From Octopus vulgaris (lineage: Eukaryota): a DNA stretch of 64,000 bases. The position numbers were made by a program, and so were the translations under genes. The DNA lies in assembly GCA_951406725.2 (NCBI GenBank), contig OX597816.1, forward strand, positions 27,218,001-27,282,000. Direction: 5' to 3'. The notes under the pieces were generated by a model. The model was not told the DNA's origin. It saw only the letters and a program-made list of their open reading frames with translations, and searched no databases. Positions 60,401 to 64,000 of the stretch are shown piece after piece. Numbering within the stretch: position 1 is the stretch's first letter; each line of letters starts with the position of its first letter.

Positions 60401-61426
60401 TAAAAAAGTTTAGTTACCTAGAAATTATGTTAAAAACTGCCGTTCAAACCGAAAAGATCCTTTGCCTCTTCTTTTTGGTGCCTTGTTCAGGTTTAAATCG
60501 ATTTTCTGGGTAAAGTTTACAGCTGGTGACGATTAGTATTCTCTATTGTCCTCCACTGTTCAGAGAATTGTGAATGTATTTTACACTCATAAAAATCGTA
60601 TCTCGGAATGCAATTCAATGTTTATATGAAATTGAGGATCTTTTCGGTTCGAACGACAGTTTTTAACATAATTTCTAGGTAACCAAAAAAATTTTAAACT
60701 TCGTATACTGGTAGAATGTGTTTATAAAACATCTTTTTCTCTTGGCTTTATTGAGAAAATTCTATAGTTTGTAAGATATTTGTTGTTTTTTTTCTTCAAT
60801 TTCTTCAATTTCAACCAATCACTGACGTCTATTGAGGTAAAAAAACATTCTGTGCCGTATGAAAATGTCCCTTGTTTAAGAAACAGATTGGGTTTATTTA
60901 CATTTGTGAAGAAAAAAAAGATCCCCTTCCCCCCACCCCTAACCCTAAAACAAATTGAAATGCAATAGATCAATACTAGGGTCATAATTATGGGTGACAA
61001 TTTCATATGACAGCGCTAGAAAAAACTGCCGTTCAAACCGAAAAGATCCAAAATTGACTGCAGACAATTAAACTGAGTTGCAGAGAGTAGGCATAGATTA
61101 ACTCCCTTCTACATGTACTCATTTCATAATTCTAAGGAAACGTAGATGCACAATAAAGGAATGGATGCAATCCTTTTCTCCCCTCTCATTCTAGTTTATT
61201 TCCTGCTGTAGGGAAATATAGTCTCTCATCTATAACGTAACTTAGAAACTAATTCCATTGTTTCTCTTTTTAGGTATCATTAGTGAATGGTCAGTGTTTG
61301 TTGGAAGAATCCTCCAAAGAGAACCAGCTTGTGCCAAACATTGAAGCTATTATTGAAGACATGAAGATTCTTGGCAATGGAATTGTAGAACATATTAAAG
61401 TGAAGACTACGTCATTACTCACATAG
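17780..61426 (+). CDS. NOL6: Nucleolar protein 6 (NOL6/Utp22/Nrap), 23 coding exons, 3357 nt, 1118 aa
   Basis: All 23 exons join with consistent phase and no stop. Motifs include [97 protein letters not shown] and [10 protein letters not shown], all characteristic of the Nrap family. Confidence 0.96.
18093..18470 (+). mobile_element. tRNA-derived SINE family aggcgcaggagtggctgtgtggtaag...actgaaacaagtaaaagag with internal (TA)n(TG)n; copies at about 13465-13850(-), 14897-15221(+), 16342-16701(-), 25862-26250(+), 43295-43730(+), 50595-50987(-), 63911-64000(+)
   Basis: Near-identical dispersed copies, tRNA-like head, short tandem-repeat tail. Confidence 0.85.
18755..19166. mobile_element. GGATC-TIR MITE copy
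   Basis: TIRs; exact TSD acgatatc. Confidence 0.9.
19403..20115 (+). mobile_element. RTE LINE 3' fragment (ORF end plus UTR plus GAT tail). The same 3' tail occurs at about 1415-1692(+), 4690-5105(+), 11919-12500(-), 20772-21080(+), 24536-24790(-), 28415-28690(-), 29605-29895(-), 30485-31104(-), 38400-38808(+), 45905-46160(+), 46329-46511(-), 46836-47402(-), 52812-52994(+), 53321-53610(-), 53905-54362(+), 54655-54975(+), 57907-58397(+), 59054-59500(-), 63106-63427(-)
   Basis: Same sequence as the 3' end of the RT-bearing element at 40651-42660 (ggttggcgttaggaagggcatccagc...catgctagcatggaaa.cggacgttaaacgatgatgat). Confidence 0.9.
21200..21331 (+). CDS. NOL6: NOL6 exon 2
   Basis: Poly-T/tacag acceptor; ...[25 protein letters not shown]; GC donor cag|gcaagt. 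Confidence 0.9.
21810..23780. mobile_element. Older decayed RTE ORF fragments (about 21810-22130 plus strand; about 23420-23780 minus strand)
   Basis: Degenerate [20 protein letters not shown] and [21 protein letters not shown]. Confidence 0.7.
25115..25231 (+). CDS. NOL6: NOL6 exon 3
   Basis: [10 protein letters not shown]...LPKGESYQ; cag|gtaagt. Confidence 0.92.
25253..25481. mobile_element. Long palindrome (arms about 110 bp), Penelope-like terminus; half-copy at about 47960-48100
   Basis: Near-perfect inverted arms; degenerate hammerhead-like layout (gtca gtg.aca g stem gaaa atattt tg.c). Confidence 0.7.
26548..26730 (+). CDS. NOL6: NOL6 exon 4
   Basis: LNDQEWV...[13 protein letters not shown]...VDIAVKIPK; canonical sites. 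Confidence 0.94.
27828..27996 (+). CDS. NOL6: NOL6 exon 5
   Basis: [28 protein letters not shown]...KPIL; phase 1 out. Confidence 0.95.
29385..29513 (+). CDS. NOL6: NOL6 exon 6
   Basis: ...VHIHP...[14 protein letters not shown]; phase 1-1. Confidence 0.93.
31127..31302 (+). CDS. NOL6: NOL6 exon 7
   Basis: [14 protein letters not shown]...[17 protein letters not shown]; donor gtgagt. Confidence 0.94.
31650..31770 (+). CDS. NOL6: NOL6 exon 8
   Basis: [18 protein letters not shown]...MSSYQVFR. Confidence 0.95.
32040..32486. mobile_element. Second piggyBac-like MITE family (taaccctttagcattc...gctaaagggttaa), with one copy (32128-32353) nested in another; also about 28953-29170, 43208-43873 (SINE inside) and a partial copy at about 57540-57695
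   Basis: TTAA-CCCTTT termini and repeated internal sequence. Confidence 0.8.
32718..32881 (+). CDS. NOL6: NOL6 exon 9
   Basis: TDWVKDGIS...[14 protein letters not shown]. Confidence 0.94.
34418..34533 (+). CDS. NOL6: NOL6 exon 10
   Basis: [14 protein letters not shown]...RYDQIF; phase 2 out. Confidence 0.92.
37016..37399 (+). mobile_element. Non-autonomous Helitron-like element nested in an AT-rich foldback repeat
   Basis: 5' TC start after A, gtctgt-type subterminal repeats, 3' GC-rich hairpin (ctgagcaacgccggg) then CTAG followed by T; no TSD. Confidence 0.8.
37612..37789 (+). CDS. NOL6: NOL6 exon 11
   Basis: Open phase-2-to-0 exon ...LDFGGSCV...ILSKRVSHL..., donor gag|gtaagg. Confidence 0.88.
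39093..39212 (+). CDS. NOL6: NOL6 exon 12
   Basis: WSVNEEPP...LTFGL...EKGPPAD. Confidence 0.93.
39255..39824 (+). repeat. RTE 3' tail with about six tandem 62-64-bp units
   Basis: Unit aaaacaccatccgagcgtggccgttcgccagcctcgtctggcacctgtgtcggtggcacata. Confidence 0.9.
40651..42660 (-). mobile_element. 5'-truncated RTE-clade LINE: RT C-terminal half plus Cys-rich domain (one frame, 41535-42659, two in-frame TGA), 3' UTR with three internal tandem units and a (GAT)n tail, inserted in (TA)n
   Basis: [85 protein letters not shown]. Confidence 0.93.
42815..42966 (+). CDS. NOL6: NOL6 exon 13
   Basis: [28 protein letters not shown]. Confidence 0.95.
44607..44706. repeat. (TA)n microsatellite; others at about 36833-36864, 42657-42702, 43460-43502 and 57435-57471
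   Basis: Direct inspection. Confidence 0.95.
45272..45500 (+). CDS. NOL6: NOL6 exon 14
   Basis: YGTGEEA...[12 protein letters not shown]; donor gtatgt. Confidence 0.94.
46695..46800 (+). CDS. NOL6: NOL6 exon 15 (GAG acceptor)
   Basis: VFPALG...CPHYCPVVT continues the conserved 'EVFP'; acceptor tttcttgag|. Confidence 0.83.
48376..48530 (+). CDS. NOL6: NOL6 exon 16
   Basis: [26 protein letters not shown]...YLDILV. Confidence 0.9.
49542..49702 (+). CDS. NOL6: NOL6 exon 17
   Basis: DEIVFRLKL...PKLTSVLRG. Confidence 0.92.
49986..50138 (+). CDS. NOL6: NOL6 exon 18
   Basis: [13 protein letters not shown]...[15 protein letters not shown]. Confidence 0.95.
51063..51160 (+). CDS. NOL6: NOL6 exon 19
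   Basis: [26 protein letters not shown]. Confidence 0.95.
51551..51950. mobile_element. GGATC-TIR MITE copy nested in a hAT-like MITE (about 51380-52045)
   Basis: TIRs; TSD ggattttt/agattttt. Host begins cagtggttctcaac and ends gttaagaaacactg; related host sequence at about 53660-53900. Confidence 0.85.
52390..52612 (+). mobile_element. SINE family gctggcagaaa.gttagc...gtcgactttgcctttcatcctttcggggtcgat; copies at about 4365-4495(-), 15435-15632(-), 23277-23420(+), 49107-49342(-), 55015-55220(+)
   Basis: Repeated conserved core with B-box-like gagttcaaattcc. Confidence 0.8.
53078..53286 (+). CDS. NOL6: NOL6 exon 20
   Basis: [10 protein letters not shown]...SFWTREKP...[12 protein letters not shown]. 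Confidence 0.94.
55277..55462 (+). CDS. NOL6: NOL6 exon 21
   Basis: [16 protein letters not shown]...[17 protein letters not shown]. Confidence 0.93.
56355..56812. repeat. About 450-bp AT-rich palindrome (Penelope-like foldback)
   Basis: aattaaattagagataaaa.ccactattaggcaactcaaacagtgat is reverse-complemented at about 56760-56805. Confidence 0.85.
56920..57278. mobile_element. Palindromic Penelope-like terminal repeat pair carrying hammerhead motifs
   Basis: Arms about 56920-57099 and 57121-57278 are near-perfect complements; flanked by (TA)n. Confidence 0.85.
56970..57051 (-). ncRNA. Type I hammerhead ribozyme (Penelope-type, palindromic minimal stem III)
   Basis: Minus strand ttttc-CTGATGA-gaagg...ccttc-GAAA-catg-TC-gaaaa: stem I, core, stem II, GAAA and a GUC cleavage triplet are all present. 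Confidence 0.8.
58663..58764 (+). CDS. NOL6: NOL6 exon 22
   Basis: [10 protein letters not shown]...[17 protein letters not shown]. Confidence 0.94.
60047..60460. mobile_element. GGATC-TIR MITE copy
   Basis: TIRs; exact TSD tttgcctc. Confidence 0.9.
60636..61049. mobile_element. GGATC-TIR MITE copy, inverted relative to 60047-60460
   Basis: TIRs; TSD gaaattga/aaaattga. Confidence 0.9.
61274..61426 (+). CDS. NOL6: NOL6 last coding exon with TAG stop
   Basis: [20 protein letters not shown]...LLT*. Confidence 0.94.
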   Translation, partial: VSLVNGQCLLEESSKENQLVPNIEAIIEDMKILGNGIVEHIKVKTTSLLT

Positions 61427-61428
61427 AG

Positions 61429-61515
61429 AATACCAAACTAGTTCCCTATGGATACCGTATTTATTACGAGTGGCTTGTAATAAATACGGTATCCATAGGG
61501 AATGAGTTTGGTATT
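61429..61515 (+). other. 42-bp near-perfect hairpin at the start of the NOL6 3' UTR, containing AATAAA
   Basis: Arms 61429-61470 and 61474-61515 are complementary apart from one mismatch and two G-U pairs; 3-nt loop. Confidence 0.9.
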
Positions 61516-61531
61516 TTATTTGTTACACACG

Positions 61532-61563
61532 AATAAACGACCATATTTTATTAACCCAATAAA
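61532..61563 (+). terminator. Candidate NOL6 polyadenylation signals (AATAAA at 61532 and 61558)
   Basis: Hexamers 105-135 nt downstream of the stop; usage unverified. Confidence 0.4.
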
Positions 61564-61613
61564 ACTAAATTCTTCACGTTTAGTTGTAACTTATGAATGA
61601 CAAAAGTAGTACC

Positions 61614-61715
61614 GTCACCGTGACCTCAGGTCATCACCATGGATTGACCAATCAGAAGCAGCGTTGTCACCGTGACCTCGGGTCATCACCATGGATTGAC
61701 CAATCAGAAGCAGCG
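61614..61715. repeat. Tandem duplication with 52-bp period, containing TGACCTCAGGTCA and GACCAATCAG
   Basis: Two 50-nt copies at 61614 and 61666 with one substitution. Confidence 0.9.
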
Positions 61716-64000
61716 CTCGCAGTATCTGACATATGTTAGATACCAAAAATATCTCAAAGTGTTCTCACTCACATGTGTGTAATAAATAATGTTCTCCAAT
61801 GCTTTGTTTAGAGTGTAAAGACAAACTCTGTGTGTGTGTATAGATATATAAAGTTATGGTTTGTGTTTTACATTTGAAATTGGCCATTACAGATTTAACC
61901 CAGTTTTTCTGATGAATATTTCTGTTTCCATTACCTGCTGGAAAACCATTTTGCATCACTCTCCATTCCTGACCACAAGGATTTGTTTCCATTTCATCTC
62001 ATCCTGCCTGAATAAAATCACTTTTCAAAGAAACTTACATTAGCAGGACGTAAAATTCAACATATTAAGAACTGGGTAAAACTTGTAAATATATTCTTCA
62101 TTAAAGGATGCAAAAGAGATGAGCTTGTGATAGCAACTTGTTAATAAACACTTGAATTCCACAGTTTTTCATTTATCATCATTGTTGCTGTTGTCTTCCA
62201 TTTTCTGTCCACTTTTCATGCTGGCAATGAAAGTGAACAGGCTGTTCTAATCAGTGATCACTGGATCACATTGTGTGCATACGTTCCAGTTTTGGCTTTT
62301 TTTTATCTATGACTTGATGCTCATCCTGTAATCAACCACTTTACAGAATGTACTGGGTGCACTTTATTGTAACACCAGCAGTAGAGGGTAAATAAATATA
62401 TATATATATCATGTGACCGACCAGACCATCAGATGTTGTTACACATTGCTGGTCACAATGCGTTCGCATTGTTTTAGCCTTCGAATGACACCACCCCGCT
62501 GGCTAAGCAAGCAAGACAACAGGGATCACCACCCCCTGCCGGAGCCTCGTGGAGCTTTTAGGTGTTTTCGCTTGATAAACACAACGCCCGGTCTGGGAAT
62601 CGAAACCGCGATCCTACGACCACGAGTCTGCCGCCCTAACCACTGGGCCATTGCACCTCCACATATATATATATAGTACAAAGTAAGATAGGGGTTATGA
62701 GGGTAACCCACTATGGGATATCAGTTATCCAATATACTGCTGGGGAAGCACCCAAATACTAAATACATAAATGCTTATAATTGCAATGCAATTAATTCAT
62801 TTATTGTATTGGATGGGCGAAGGTAAAGGAATATTTTACTGTAAATTCATAATACAAATAAGAAAATTGAGGAACAAATTCATTTCGATCATCAACTTAC
62901 AGATATTACCATTTGATATTATTTATTAATTATACAAATAGGAACATGAAAATCGAACAAAACAATATACAAATTAATAATGAAATAAAAATAATACAAA
63001 TAAACTGCCCCTTACAGCTGTAATAAATAATATGAAATTGTAATATCCGTAAGTTGATGATCGAAATGAATTTGTTCCTCCATTTTCTTATTTATATATA
63101 TATATCATCATCATCATCATCATCGTTTAACGTCCGTTCTCCATGCTAGCATGGGTTGGACGGTTCGACCGGGGATCTGGGAAGCCAGAAGGCTGCACCA
63201 GGCTCCAGTCTTATCTGGCAATGTTTCTACAGCTGGATGCCCTTCCTAACGTCAACCACTCCGTGAGTGTAGTGGGTGCTTTTTACGTGCCACCTGCACT
63301 GGTGCCAGGCGAGGCTGGCATTGGCCACGGTCGGATTGATGCATTTTACGTGCTACCTGCACGGAAGCCAGTCGAGGTGGGACTGGCTTCGGCCACGATT
63401 CGGATGGTGCTTTTTACGTGCCACCGACATATATATATATATATATATATAAATTAATAAATAAAACATGCATATATACATATATGTACGTACCTACATC
63501 TACATGTATTTATACTCACATATATGGGTACAGGATACCAGAAAAACGTCGAACACAATGAGAAACGAAAACAAACACAAAACCAAGGAACTGGACATTT
63601 TTCTTAAACAACAAAAAAATAGAGTATAGGACAAATAACAAGGAAAATTCTCCTTCAGTCGCCATGATTTCATCTACTCTGCGTTTCGAAGGTGAAGGCG
63701 ATACACATCTTTGATAGAAACTTTCCTTCCCGCGAAAAGCAAATTAAATAAGGAGCTTCTGTGTTGTTTCAGTCTACGAATGTACTCCTCAAGTCACTGG
63801 TCAGTTTTGCGGTATTGTAAATGTTACTTGTCCAAGCTGCCTCAGTGAAATCAAACCTGTAATGTCAATTTCTTTAGACATCCATAGCTCCACATATATA
63901 TATATATATGTAGGTGCAGATGTAGCTGTGTGGTAAGTAGCTTGCTTCTCAATCGCATGGTTCTGGATTCAGTCCCACTGCGACACTTTTGGCAAGTGTC

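Overview
AT-rich, intron-rich animal genomic DNA, very likely octopus (inferred from the SINE, RTE and MITE repeat families). Most of the long ORFs in the supplied track are artefacts of repeats. Plus strand: a complete 23-exon NOL6/Utp22 (Nrap) gene. Its CDS runs 17780-61426 (3357 nt, 1118 aa by my assembly), all splice phases are consistent, and it has one GC-AG intron and one GAG acceptor. Minus strand, head-to-head with NOL6: two exons encoding a CARD death-fold domain (14465-14596, 10622-10778), a 26-nt exon (5846-5871), a 13-nt microexon (4087-4099), then exons of POLR1D/RPAC2, the shared Pol I/III subunit (3533-3633, 1080-1156; the rest lies off the left edge). The most striking observation is the reading-frame arithmetic of this unit. 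Including the 13-nt microexon gives a normal stand-alone POLR1D from an ATG in the 26-nt exon, plus an overlapping CARD-only ORF. Skipping it gives an in-frame CARD-POLR1D fusion. These isoforms are predicted from splice signals only. Other highlights: a Penelope-like palindrome in a NOL6 intron whose hammerhead ribozyme core is intact only antisense to the host; a 42-bp hairpin right after the NOL6 stop that buries an AATAAA; and several exons bracketed by inverted repeats. Introns are packed with RTE LINE tails, tRNA-SINEs, several MITE families, a Helitron, a Tc1/mariner remnant and a Hero-like LINE remnant. All homology calls are from recalled motifs, not database searches.
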